Source: Anolis carolinensis
Lineage: Eukaryota
Reading direction: 5' to 3'
Assembly: GCF_035594765.1 (NCBI RefSeq)
Contig: NC_085842.1
Location: forward strand, 167,537,036 to 167,601,035
DNA length: 64,000 nucleotides
This document shows, piece after piece, positions 1 to 13,000 of the stretch. Within the stretch, counting starts at the first letter, position 1. Every line of letters begins with the position of its first letter. The translations under genes and the position numbers were made by a program. The notes below the pieces were generated by a model. That model had not been told where the DNA came from, did no database searches, and was given only the letters and a program-made list of their open reading frames with translations.

Positions 1-240
1 TCTCAGCTTTGACTGGAAATACCGATCAGATACTTTGGACATCTTGGTCCTTGCTTTCTGCCTGGATTTATTTAGACAGAGACTTGTCAGACTGCCCTTT
101 CCCAATATGTCATGGTCATGAGGATTATTTCATTATGGATGTATTGGTTTTTATTTAAATTCTATTGCAGTCCTGTCTAATCCATTGGTGGCTAGTAATT
201 TCCATATCAATGTAGCAAGGAATCTACTCTGGATTTTAGT

Positions 241-610
241 TTGCGCTTTAAAGCAGTTACTCTACTCCCAACTCAAGAATGGAAAACGGGATGTTAGTGG
301 ACAGGAAAAGAGATTTAATGATAGGCTTAAAGCTAACCTTAAAAACTGTGGCATAGACACAGAGAACTGTGAAGCCCTGACCCTTGAGCGCTCTAAGTGG
401 AGGTCAGCTGTGACCAGCAGTGCCATGGAATTTGAAGAGGCATGAAAGGAGGACGAAAGAGAGAAATGTGCCAAGAGGAAGGTGTATCAGGCCATCCCTG
501 ACCGGGATCGTCTTCCACCTGGAAACAAATGCCCTCACTGTGGAAGAACATGCGGGGCAAGAATAGGGCTCTACAACCATCTATGTATCCACCGCCAAGA
601 CACTACATTG
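241..610 (+). mobile_element. RTE-clade LINE 3' fragment (degenerate)
   Basis: KQLLYSQLKNGKR...KRFNDRLKANLK and C-terminal CPHCGRTCGARIGLYNHLCIH zinc finger; related fragments at 28255-28490 and 47295-47462. Confidence 0.75.
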
Positions 611-612
611 CT

Positions 613-672
613 GAAGAAGAAGAAGGAGGAGGAGAAGGAGAAGAAAGAGGAGAAGGAGGAGAAGGAGGAGAA
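613..672 (+). repeat. (GAA/GAG)n purine microsatellite
   Basis: Direct reading. Confidence 0.9.
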
Positions 673-683
673 AGGTGTAGAAG

Positions 684-1629
684 TGTGATGACTCATGGGC
701 CATGTAGTCCTGTTCCTAGCGCTGTTGAGACAGATGAAGAGGAAAACTTGGTTTTTCCACCGTTTCAGCCAGAATCGGAACTTTCCCAGCCAGAATTGGA
801 GCCCTTGCACCTGCAGGAGGTTTGCCTTCCAGAAATCTGCCAAACAAGCCCTGAGTCAGAATCTCCCCCATTTTCTCGCCGTAGTTATTATCAACAACAA
901 AAAGGAGTTCAACAGGCTAATCGCAGAAGCCTGAGAATCGCAGCCAGGCATTCAGCTGATTAAGACTGCTTTCATGAGAACCTTTAGGGAGTCATGCATC
1001 TGGACACAGAGATTGACTTTCGGTTCTGGTTCCCCAGAGAAGTGTTCTTGGTGGGAAAACGAGACCCTATTTAGGCTCCTTGCCCCGTAGGAATCTTGCG
1101 GAGTCAATTCGTCAGCTACCGGAGTAGGTTGTGTGTGGACAGCGCTACTCCCGTTTCCAAGCCTTCGTTCCTGTTTCCAGCCTTGTTTTGCTTCACGGAC
1201 CTTGCCTTGCTACCTAGGACTCAGCCTTGCTTTCCAGGACCTTGCCTTGCTTCCCGGACCTTGCCAAGTATTTACCACGGATCTTGTCCTTGTTCCTCGT
1301 TCCTTGTTGCCTTGAATCAAGCTTTGTGTACCAAGAATCAAGCTATTTCCTTGCCTTGCCTAAGTTTCATGGACTAAAGGACCTTGTCTTCTCCCCTCAC
1401 TTTGCTTGGCAAAGTGAGTGTTTCGGTTACTGGATTACAACTTTGGACCTTACTATTTCATATTGGACATTGTTTTCCTGGACTATATTTGACCTTTCCT
1501 GAAAGGTCATCTTCTGAACTATATTCTACACTTATTTTTATTGCCTTTACTTATTTCCTTAATAAAGATATTAGATAGATTCTGGCCTCTGTGTATGGTT
1601 ATTGGTGCTCTGCAGCCTGGGTCGTGACA
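684..1629 (+). mobile_element. Solo LTR (Gypsy-like), copy A
   Basis: TGTGATG...GTGACA termini, perfect 5-bp TSD AGAAG (679-683, 1630-1634), AATAAA at 1561, homologous to 53753-54620. Confidence 0.9.
688..963 (+). CDS. LTR-encoded 91-aa frame (acidic/Pro-rich, C-terminal RRSLRIAAR); probably a Pol/integrase tail or accessory ORF
   Basis: Frame conserved in the diverged second LTR copy with many synonymous changes and an in-frame 21-bp indel. Confidence 0.55.
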   Translation: MTHGPCSPVPSAVETDEEENLVFPPFQPESELSQPELEPLHLQEVCLPEICQTSPESESPPFSRRSYYQQQKGVQQANRRSLRIAARHSAD

Positions 1630-2959
1630 AGAAGTTTGAGTAGTTTGAACTAGGACTTTGGGAGACTATGGCCAAAAGATCTGTTTTGGCCATAGAAATT
1701 GTGTGATCTTGAGCAAGTCACATTCCCTTAGCCTTAGAGGAAGGCAATTACTGCTTTGAATAAATCTTGCCACGAAAACCCCGTGACATAATAGCTATAA
1801 GTCAGAAATGACTTGAAGGCAGGCAAGAATAATAAAGGTTCCAAATAGGTTTGATAATATGAATACTAGCTCCTTTCTGGACTATAACCTAGAGCACCTC
1901 ACTATCATGGTTGTCACTGATCCCATTTTATGTGGAGTAGGAGGAGGGGCACAGCTGGCATATGAGCTTCTGTAGCCAGATTTCCATGCGTTTACTGAAA
2001 AACCTCTGCCTTTACAGGAGTCAGACCTGAGTTTCCTTCTCACGGATACTCAGACAGCCTTCCTGTGAAGAGAAGAATGCTTCCTCGAATAGTTAAGAAA
2101 TTTATGCCTTTCCTTTGGATCATTCCAGTTGACCTATGTTAATTTAAAATATATATTCTGCATAGAATTAAGAATCTTATTCTCTTCTACAAAGTCTAAA
2201 AGGGAGATTGAATGAGGAGTAATAGCTTAAAATGTGTAAAGTTTAACCTATAATTTAAAATTCCATTTCTGGGTTTTTATGTAATGTACATCAAGTTAAC
2301 ATTAATTTTACTAAGAATCTGAACAGCTCTTGATATACTGCCCTCCACTCCTACACCCTCTTTTTCTTTTGACTAAAGATCTTTCATATATGATGATACT
2401 TGGGAAGTTCGAGAAACTTCTGCCTACATTGCCTGAAGATGGATGGGTGATGGACTGTTTTGGTATGCTGGCCTGGGGGTAGATTTTCCACTCAATTAGA
2501 ACAGGGCACCTCCCAAATAAGATACTGAAGCTCAGTGCACTTAATTTATTTCAATCTAGTAGGAGCTGGAGTTAATTCCCCGGTGGTGTCTGTCCGCATA
2601 GGCCAAAGTGAATGGTTTTAGTAATGCCAGCTGACCTTATAAACCATCCAGCGGATGTCCTCCACTGCCTTTAAAGATGATTCTGTCTTGTCTACGTTCC
2701 TGCTTTCTTATTGGGTTAAGACGCAACATTTCAGAGTGAATAAATGCAAACTAATTTCCCTTTGTATTTATTGGTGATGTTAGTCTAATTCAACTTTGTT
2801 AGCTACAAAATGATACAAATGTAATGAGTGAGGACTACGGGTCACTGATAGAAGGACTTGAATTGGTAGTCTGGTGTCTGTTCTCTTCTCTTTTCAGAGA
2901 AGTGTGCATTTATGAGCCACACATATTCCTCTTTCACTCTGCTACCAAAAAAAATAAAC

Positions 2960-3092
2960 CAGTGGTTTTCAACCTGTGGGTCCCAGGTGTTTTGGCCTTC
3001 AAATCCCAGAAATCCAAACAGCTGTTAAACTGGCTGGGATTTCTGGGATTTGTGGACCAAAGCAACTGGGGACCCACAGGTTGAGAACTATT
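2960..3092. mobile_element. ~130-bp palindromic hAT (Charlie-like) MITE
   Basis: CAGTGGTT(C/T)TCAACCTGTGGG terminal inverted repeats; same family at 12191, 13632, 19915, 22796, 61732. Confidence 0.8.
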
Positions 3093-3210
3093 GATATAAA
3101 GGAATCCAGTAGTACCTTTGAGATTAGCTACGATTTTTAGCATAAGCTTTTGTGGACTCTGTCTATGACATCAGCTGCCTGAAAGTTTATGATATAAATG
3201 TATCCCTAGT

Positions 3211-4666
3211 TAGAATCATAGAATCATAGAATAGTAGAGTTGGAAGAGACCACATGGGCCATCCAGTCCAACCCCCTGCTAAGAAGCAGGAAATCGCATT
3301 CAAAGCACCCCCGACAGATGGCCATCCAGCCTCTGCTTAAAAGCCTCCAAGGAAGGAGCCTCCACCACGGCCCCGGGGAGAGAGTTCCACTGTCGAACAG
3401 CTCTCACAGTGAGGAAGTTCTTCCTGATGTTCAGGTGGAATCTCCTTTCCTGTAGTTTGAAGCCATTGTTCCGTGTCCTAGTCTGCAGGGCAGCAGAAAA
3501 CAAGCTTGCTCCCTCTTCCCTATGACTTCCCTTCACATATTTGTACATGGCTATCATGTCTCCTCTCAGCCTTCTCTTCTGCAGGCTAAACATGCCCAGC
3601 TCTTTAAGCCGCTCCTCATAGGGCTTGTTCTCCAGACCCTTAATCATTTTAGTCGCCCTCCTCTGGACGCTTTCCAGCTTGTCAACATCTCCCTTCAACT
3701 GTGGTGCCCAAAATTGGACACAGTATTCCAGGTGTGGTCTGACCAAGGCAGAATAGAGGGGGAGCATAACTTCCCTGGATCTAGACGCTATTCCCCTATT
3801 GATGCAGGCCAGAATCCCATTGGCTTTTTTAGCAGCCGCATCACATTGTTGGCTCATGTTTAACTTGTTGTCCACGAGGACTCCAAGGTCTTTTTCGCAC
3901 ACACTGCTGTCAAGCCAGGCGTCCCCCATTCTGTATCTTTGATTTCCATTTTTTCTGCCGAAGTGAAGTATCTTGCATTTGTCCCTGTTGAACTTCATTT
4001 TGTTAGTTTTGGCCCATCTCTCTAGTCTGTCAAGATCGTTTTGAATTCTGCTCCTGTCTTCTGGAGTGTTAGCTATCCCTCCCAGTTTTGTGTCGTCTGC
4101 AAACTTGATGATCGTGCCTTCTAACCCTTCGTCTAAGTCGTTAATAAAGATGTTGAACAGAACCGGGCCCAGGACGGAGCCCTGCGGCACTCCACTTGTC
4201 ACTTCTTTCCATGATGAAGACGACGCATTGGTGAGCACCCTTTGGGTTCGTTCGCTTAGCCAATTACAGATCCACCTAACCGTAGTTTTGTCTAGCCCAC
4301 ATTTTACTAGTTTGTTTGCCAGAAGGTCGTGGGGGACTTTGTCGAAGGCCTTACTGAAATCCAGGTACGCTACATCCACAGCATTCCCTGTATCGACCCA
4401 ACTCGTAACTCTATCGAAAAAAGAGATCAGATTAGTCTGGCATGACTTGTTTTTGGTAAATCCGTGTTGACTATTAGCAATGACCGCATTTGTTTCTAAG
4501 TGTTCGCAGACCACTTCCTTAATGATCTTTTCCAGAATTTTGCCTGGTATTGATGTGAGGCTGACCGGACGGTAATTGTTTGGGTCGTTCTTTTTTCCCT
4601 TCTTGAAGATAGGGACCACATTCGCCCTCCTCCAATCTGCTGGGACTTCTCCCGTTCTCCAAGAAC
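3211..4666 (-). mobile_element. Young 5'-truncated CR1 LINE (RT domain, intact frame 3300-4619)
   Basis: 439-aa stop-free RT with [10 protein letters not shown] and FADD; (ATTCTATG)n 3' tail at 3211-3232. Confidence 0.95.
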
Positions 4667-5104
4667 GGGTTGTTGGTTTCAGAGGTGCACATTTTGTTCC
4701 TGTATACCTTTTAATGCTAATAATAACTTTATAATAATAACTTTGTTCTTCTACCCCACCACCATCTCTCCGTAAGGGACTCAGGGTGGCTTACATATGG
4801 GCCAAAATGCCCACAAAACACCAATACAAATACAAACAATCCTTCAAGGCAAAAACAGAATTAAAATAAGAACATGATAAAATATAATATATAGCAATCC
4901 AGATAAAACACAATTAAATAAAACTTCAGAGTATAAAATAACAGCATAAAGCTCAATCAAAACAATACTCAACAAACCAATTGCCAGTAGAACATTGGGC
5001 GTGACCAGGCTATAAAAGGGCCGGGCATGGGATAGTGCAAATAGCGTATTGTAGGGCTGGGTATTGGATAAAGTGCAGAGAGCCAAATAATATTAGGGAA
5101 CCTA

Positions 5105-5505
5105 ATATAGCCTAGCTTGTTGTTGACTTAAGCAACCTGAGAGATAGTTGCATCTATCAAGTAGAAAATTTAGGTACTGCTTATGTGAGGAGGCTAATTT
5201 AACTAATTTACAACACCATAAAAATCGTCCAGCAGTATGTGGAAAAATGAGGAAGTAATCTATCAAAGACTCGGTGTCACAGTGGATGATGAAGCAGCAG
5301 CTCCCCCTGTGGCTGGAATCGAGCATGCCCTCATGAAGCCGGAAGCTGGAAAATGTTAAATTGCCTCTGTGTCTCTGTCTCTGACTGTATGTCATATGGC
5401 ATTGAATGTTGGCCATGTATATGTACATTGTGATCTGCCCTGAGTCCCCTTCGGGGTGAGAAGGGCGGAATATACCGTAAATACTGTAAATAAACAAATA
5501 AATAA
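5105..5505 (+). mobile_element. SINE/non-autonomous retroposon with L2-type 3' tail
   Basis: Ends in gccctgagtccccttcggggtgagaagggcgg...(AATA)n; homologous to 53205-53675. Confidence 0.6.
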
Positions 5506-5894
5506 ACTTAGGGACTGAGCATTTATAACTAGGGACTAGGCGTTCTCAAATGCAAGCTGAAACATCCAGGTTTTCAAATCCCTGCAAGAGGACAATGCGA
5601 GGGCTTGCTAAAATACAGCTATCTCTGAATTAATTTTAGAAATCATAAAAATAGTTAATGATTGCAAAACTGATCTGCCAGGCCTTTTAGTTATCTCCTG
5701 AAAGCATAGTACCACTTCTTTTTTCCCCCTGTCTCTTCCCACCTGTGCTACTACTTCCTTTTGATTCTATAGTGCTCACACCTTTTCTTCCCTACTGTCA
5801 TTTTTGGAGAGGCCCTGAAGTGGGTTTCCCAAACGTATTCGGACACCACTAGCATGGGGACGGGGGAGGAGTGTGCCAAGGGACCTACTAACCT

Positions 5895-6690
5895 CTGAAT
5901 GTATGCCTGGAAAAAGTAATGGGCTGGATAAGGAAGAAACAGACTAAAACTGAATCCAAACAAAGTGGAAGTGCTAATCTGGAGTTCCACCTTGTTTGGA
6001 TTCAGTTTTAGTCTGTTTCTTCCTTATCCAGCCCATTACTTTTTCCAGGCATATCTGGAGTTAGCACGGTCAACCAAAGCTGAATGGTCATGAGTGTTAT
6101 TATCAGTTTCAGTTCAAATGCCAGCTGTGCCCCTTTCTAGAGCTGGAGGACCTAAAGATGGTAGTATCAAGGCTGGACCTCTGCAGTGTGATTGGGCTAC
6201 CTCTGTACAAAATTTGGAAAAACTATTGCCTGGGGAAAATAGCAGCCAGATTTGTTATTGGTGTATCTAGAAGTGATCACCTTACACCTGTATTGAAATA
6301 ACTCAACTGTCTGCCAGTTAGTTTCCAGGCAAATACATAGTGTTGGTTGTTAGCTTTAAAGTCCTCAGGTCTTCAGAGAGCCAGACCTACGGTAGTCTGC
6401 CAACTATTAACCTGAGAACATTTTCTTCAGCAGGTCCCAAATCATGGAATGACCGGTTGGAAGAGATTCAATAGCTGGATACACGGTCTAAGTTTAAAAT
6501 AGCATTAAAGACCAATCTCTTCCAGCTGGCCTATTCAGAAGATGTTTAAATTGTGAGTTTTAAAGTTATAGATTGATTGTTTTAAAATGTGTATCTTTTA
6601 CCTGAATATCTATTTTTAAAATGATGTTCAGTGATCTTTCCCTGCTTCAGTCCATAGGGAGATGTGGGTAAAAATACATATCATCATCAT
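5895..6690 (+). mobile_element. Degenerate L2 LINE 3' fragment (contains an inverted duplication)
   Basis: CLEKVMGW..KLNP-like RT remnant; similar to 52590-53115 and 16330-17190. Confidence 0.65.
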
Positions 6691-6960
6691 TTAACATGGC
6701 TATAGGACCATCTGCCTTGCTTTCTTTGCCTGCATGGATCTTAACCAATAAGCACTCACAGTATCTGTGTACCTCCTCCTGAAGTTAACCATTGTCTTCT
6801 CTCTGAGGTGAAGAAATGGCTTTCGTAAGTTCAAGCTCATACAACGACAGTGGAGCAATATAAATGTGGACTAGAACTGTGGTCAACAATGGTACTCATG
6901 CTTCCTCTATTGCCGTGGAAACAGAATTATACACAGTCTTGGCTTTGTTCTGTTGTCCAG

Positions 6961-7047
6961 GTGCCAACAAATCCTTCTACAGTGACACAGAAAGCCTGGG
7001 AGGGAGCACTGAATGCCAGTTCTTGGATTCGTTCAGTTCCAGTCCAG
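6961..7047 (+). CDS. GMIP: GMIP coding exon (ANKSFYSDTESLGGSTECQFLDSFSSSPG)
   Basis: ttgtccag acceptor, cag|gtgaga donor, 87 nt, phase 1-1; resembles the SDxxSxGGxxE...LDSxxSSPG linker of this family. Confidence 0.88.
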
Positions 7048-10000
7048 GTGAGAGGCAGTACTTCTTGTTCCTGTTTATATCCTGCTCCTTTTTTCATAAC
7101 TTGGACAATAAAGAATGCTCATACTGCCAAAAGCAGTATTTCCAGGTAGGCTTCTTGGCTTGATCGGAGAATTGCATGTAACAGTAATCCAACTTGTATG
7201 CACAACATTATCAAATCACTGTTCTCCAAAAAATTGAACTGCCTTTAATTCTGTCCTCTGAGAAAGGCGGGATATAAAATAAATATGAAGTTAAGTTGAA
7301 GCTAAGAATACTCTCATTGCCATATCCAGCCAAATGCCTGCATTCGAGAAGTCTCCCAAGATTGATTAATTAATTGTATTTATATACTGCTTTGGCAGGG
7401 ACAGTTCTACCTAATCTGCTGTCCCAATGTTTTCAGCTGCTTTTAAAATTACCTAATTTCTCTTGTCTTCTCCCACCTTATTAGATTATTTTGTTGTTAA
7501 TGGGGTTTACCATGAAACATTAGGTTGCACTAAAAAAAAATCAGCAGGGTGGAGAGAAGGGGACAGAACTTTGTTGCTCTTTCCTGCAGGTTCAGGGAGA
7601 AACAAAGTGCTGCAGTCTCTTAGCCTATATGTTCTTCCTTTTTTATAACTTTTTCATGACCACTTTTTGCTGTTGGTCCACCTGTTCCCATCTGAGAAAT
7701 GCTGGAGGATATAAAGTAGGCACTTGTATATTTCTTCATTTCCGAAGACGTTCATTGCAGGAAGGTCCATATTTCTTGCAAGGTAAGCATCTGGAACATG
7801 GGAACATTTTATATTACGGACTGCACAGAGACAATATTTCATGAAGTCTAAAACTGCATGCAGCATTTTCTTTTTCACAAGAAAAAAAATCCCATCTAGA
7901 GTTCAGTGTGACTTTAAACACCAGTAATTCTTGGCTCTTCACTGGCTTCCATGTTTGTTTATAGAAGTGTTTGATTTATGTTCAGGCCACCAGAAGTTGC
8001 TGAAAGCTCCATCCACTGGCACCGTGTCCTCCTCAGAGGACTGTGAAGACAGGGATCTGATACAAGCCTATGACAATGGTGAGAAGCCAAAGCCAGAATA
8101 ATAAAAAATGAAGAGAGAAGATGGACCTGTAATTACAATCACACCCAGATGGTGCATAGAGAAATCAATATGTCTGTCTGCAGGCATGTTTGCCATCAGG
8201 CCTGATCAGGATAACCCAAACCACCAAACACTGATGCAAAAAATACTTTGATCTCTCCACACTCTTTCTACCATATGTGATTTTTGTCCTTGTTATCTAT
8301 ATAATGTAATTTTTTAACCAATTTCTAGTAATACTTTATTTTTCCTATCACTCACCCCAACATACTAGCCTGGCTTATCCATTAACGTCAGGAACAATGA
8401 ACTCTGAGTTGGAAAACCTAATTTTGATTACCATTATTTGCTATCTGATAATTGTATGTATATGTGCTTTCAAGTCACCTGTCAACTTATAGTGGCCTCA
8501 TACATTTCATAGGGTTTTCTAGGCAAGTCTACAGCACTTGATATTCATTGCCAGTCTTGTATCCAAGTACTAATTAGAGCTGACCCTACTTAGCTTCCAA
8601 GATCAGATGGAATTGGTGCTAGAGACATACAAAATGTCACGAGAAAAGATGAGTTCCTGTAGGAAAATCTTTATACTAAGCAAGCTACTATTTCATTAGA
8701 TGTATTATGTACCGGAGCACCCGGTGGTACAGTGGGTTAAACCCTTGTGACGGCGGGATAGCTGACCTACAGGTCGGCGGTTCAGATGTGTGGAGAGTGG
8801 GTGAGTTCACTCTGTCAGCTCCAGTTCCCCATGTGGGGACACTAGAGAAGCCTCCCACAAGGATGGTTAAACATCAAACATCTGGGCATCCCCTGGGCAA
8901 CGCCCTTGCAGACGGCCAATTCTCTCACACCAGAAGCGACTTGCAGTTTCTCAAGTAGCTCCTGACATGAAAAAATGTATATATACTTGAAGATAGTTTC
9001 CCTTCTTTGTGAGAGTTACAAAATTACAAAATGATCTTAAATCATATTGAATCATATGTCAAATAAACATGAAGCCTTTACTTGATTGGGCTCTCCAGAT
9101 CCAAGCCTATTCACATGAAGTATTTGACAGTTTTTGTTCTTGGAAATCCATCAGAGAACTCGGAGACTGGACCTCTTTGTTTAGCCTTCGATAGTACATC
9201 CAAAGGAAATGACAGAGTAGTCAAGCATGCTTCTATGCTCCTTCATCAGTTCGAAAGACTTCTCAAATGCCTGGCATTGATGTTAAATAACCAAATATTC
9301 TAGAAACTTTCACCCTTTTTTCAGAGCAGGTTATCCTGCTGTATAAGTGTTTATTTCTCATGTTCTTCTGTATGTCTCTCAGTGTTGCCCTACAATACAA
9401 GCATTAATCCTTTCATTACCTGAAAGGGAGCCATTGGGCTGTGATGACACACATCATAGGATGATGACATTATCAGAAGCATTTTAAGACAGATATTAAC
9501 TTTCTTTTAAAAACAATTATGGCTATTGCCCCCAGATTGTTAAATAATCTCAGCAAGATTTTCCTATTTTTTTGTACTTACGTACATAGGTTTGCATCCA
9601 GGTTCTTTAAAAATTTCAGTTTTCTTTCTCTCACAGTCCACAATACATTATATTACATTATACATTCTTTTAAAAATTATGCAATATCTAGACAATTTTT
9701 TTCCTCAGAATACATCAGATGAACACTACACCTCTGAGTAATTGTCACATAAATACAGATATCTGCTAGACAAAGAAAGCTCACATTTGTGGAAAATGTT
9801 AAGTCTGCAACTCCATTTTCCTTGTATGTGGAAGGCTTGGTCATGCAGTCCTGTCACAAATGGAATTGTATTGTCTTAAGGTTATTTCTCCTTCTGCGTT
9901 GTCTATTATTTGCATAGATGCAGTGTCTGAGTTTGAAATGTAATACTAGGCTATTGCCATTTGGCAATCCGCACAAAACCTGATTTTTAAAACAAATTCA

Positions 10001-13000
10001 TGTCAGGAGTGACTTGAGAAACTACAGTTACTTCTGGTGCGAGGGAATTGGCTGTCTGCAAGGACGTTGTCCAGGGGATTGCCCAGATGTTTTGATGTCC
10101 CTGCATGGGGAGCTGAAGCTGACAGAGGGGGCTCATCTGCATTCTCCCCAGATTCGAACCAATAACCTTCAGGCCAGCAACCCAACCTTCAGGGCAGCAA
10201 TCCTGCCAGCACAAGGGTTTAACCCATTGTGCCACTGGGGGTGCTTATAAAACCTGATGTTGAAAACACTGCAAAATTACAAAAGGGCAGCCCAACCTAT
10301 CGTTCCTTCTCTAGCACACAGAAATCATTACAAGACCAACAACACAATGTGTTGTATTTACACCTTTATAATAGAGCGAGTTCCTTCTTTATCTCTTCAG
10401 CTTTCCCATGTGGATCTAAAATCCGTGGATTTCTAATTTTTTTAAGCCCTTGAGTCTGGGCTTTTTTGTGAAGTGGGGAGGAAACTACTTTTGTCTATTC
10501 TCGTTTTTCCTATCCACTTTTGTCTTTCCTTTGTGTGGTTGCGTGTTTAACTATTCATCAGTCTATTAAAAAAAGAAAGATTCTCCTGTCCAATTAATGA
10601 TTAATGGCCACTTGCCTCATCCCCTTTTCAGATCTCAGTGATGTATCGGAAAATGGCTTGCCCCATGGCCTGCTTAAGAACATAAAGCTGTCAAGTGCTG
10701 CTCAGACTCACCGGCTGCGGAAGCTGCGGGGCCCTTCAAAATGCAGGGAGTGTGAGAACTTCATTGTCAGTGGCCTTGAATGCGAAGAGGTGAGTGTAAA
10801 CCTTGCTGCAGCATGCATTTCTGATTTCAAGCAAGCTCTTGTCCTCTGTGCAACATCAGGATGAGCACCTAGGAGCTGGAAAACGGGACACACACACCAA
10901 TGTAAATAGCAAGTAGAGTTGTCAGAATGAAAACTGGAGAAGGCTTCTGTACCTTTAAAGTTTAGAGAAGAGGAGATTTCAACAGAATTATGGTTGTTTC
11001 CTGGTTCTATGATAATGTTGAAACCCCTTCTCCAGCACAACAAATTTTTTTATCATGTCAGAATTGACTTGAGAAAATACTGCAAGTTGTTTCTAGTGAG
11101 AGAATTGTCTGTCTACAGAGATGTTGCCCTGGGGATGCCAGTATGTGTTGCTGGGAGGCTGCTCTCGTGTCCCTGCAAGCTAGAGCTGGCAGATGGGAGC
11201 TCACTCCATCTCGCGAGTTCGAACCGGCAACCCAACCTTCAGGTCAGCAGTTCAGCCAGCACAAGGGTTTAATCTATGAATTTAGCACAATGCCCTGCAT
11301 TAAGGTTGCGTCATCTACTGGCTGAGCCATTAACTCATCCAGTGGTTGAGTACTTTTCAATGAAACTTGATTAACCTTCTGAACTTGAGGAAAATAAAGA
11401 TCCATAAAAGGATTGAATTTGAACTCTGACATTTCGTAAGCTTGGATGTGACTCTAGGAAAAGTGAATGGAGGAACCAACTCTTGACTGAGACAAGGTTT
11501 TATTCAGATCTTGAAATCAGACAGCTCAACAGATAGCCCAACAAACCTGGAGTTTAATTTGTGGCCTGTAATGCAGGATGGCTAGAAACATTTGAGTATC
11601 TTTTGGGAAAGGCAGAATTGCTTTGAGAGCTTGGCTCTTGTGATGTGCACAAAGTATTTGGCAGAGTGCAATATGGTCTCAGGTGCATTGTCCAAAATTG
11701 AAAATGGGATCAGCATCTGTGCCTGAAGCATCTCCAGTTTTTTGGCCCATCTTTCTCCATTTTTGCCAGTCTGTAATGTGGCCTGTCTCCCCACTGCAAT
11801 CTAGCCAAGTGACCAATACTCATCCATAAGAATTCTGTAGAATTGCTAGCCAATAGCGTCTCCTGAAACTGTCTCAGGTGCAAGAAATAATTAGAGATAG
11901 CCTGCAGATGAAGCAATAGGAAGTCATAGCTTCAGGCAGCTGATCCCAGAGTGGTGTCATTATGGTTGGTTTCTCAAAAACATCTGGTTGTCCATTATAG
12001 AAAGGATGTTGGCCTAGATGGATCTTGGACCTGATCCAACAGGGCTTTTCTTATGTTCTGATCTTCAGTTGGCATTTTTGCATCTCTGTTAAAAACTAGG
12101 AATGGAAAAACTGTTTTGACATCGCTCAGATCATCCATGACTCCAAACTGTTCCTTCCCTTCATCCTCCTTTCTTTCCTTTTATTTAGAGCACTGGTTCT
12201 CAACCTGTGGGTCCCCAGATGTTTTGGCCTTCCAGAAATCCTAACAGCTGGTAAACTGGCTGGGATTTCTGGGAGTTGTAGGCCAAAACACCTGGGATTC
12301 ACAGGTAGAGAGCCACTGGTTTAGAGGCTACCTTCCAATGCAAAGAGAGCTATAGTAGCATCCTTCTGCGTGCCATTTCACATGTAGAGGCAGCCCTTAT
12401 TCTTCCACAAGTGAATACGAAACAAGGAGCAACAGCCAATCAGGGGTCTTCAAAGAATGGTTCCATGACAATGATGTGTGGTTCTCATGTACATTACTTC
12501 CTACTTTCAGTTGTATGTTTAAAGTACCTTAGGTACACACTGTAATAAGGCAATAGTTACAGTGTCGAGTGCAGTGGTTTTCACCTTTTGTTTCACCATG
12601 TGTTTTGGACTTACCTCCCTGAAGTTCAAGCCAACAGGAGCAGGGATTCTGGGAGCCATGTCCAAAACATCTGGAGAACCAAAGAATGAGAACCAATAGT
12701 CTAATGAGACATTGCAATGGGTACTGAGAACTGTGTGAGGGTTTGTAAAAGAGGCACCATGATGTGGTGAGTTGACTGGAAAGGCATGTGGCGGCAGCTG
12801 ATTGGCTGAGCCAGTCAGGAGCCAGAATTCCATTGCTGAGGCAAACGGTTTTAACTGCCACTTTCATCTCAGAGAGGGACGAAAATCAGCTGATTGAAAA
12901 TGGTCAGGAAGGAAATGGCTGCCATACTCTCCGAAGCCTGATTATTTATGAGGCAAATGAGGCATATTTAAAGGGACTGTTTATTCCTATATTCTCTGTG

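Noticed and set aside
529-687. N-terminal extension of the 144-aa ORF 529-963
   Set aside because: It runs through an RTE remnant and the (GAG)n repeat outside the LTR; this is a chance fusion, and only 688-963 is conserved.
2018-2100. Possible upstream GMIP exon after tttacag
   Set aside because: No convincing donor and no recognisable similarity.
6762-6824. Possible exon ending at the gtaagt donor at 6825
   Set aside because: The frame compatible with the next exon contains TGA, and the open frame has the wrong phase.
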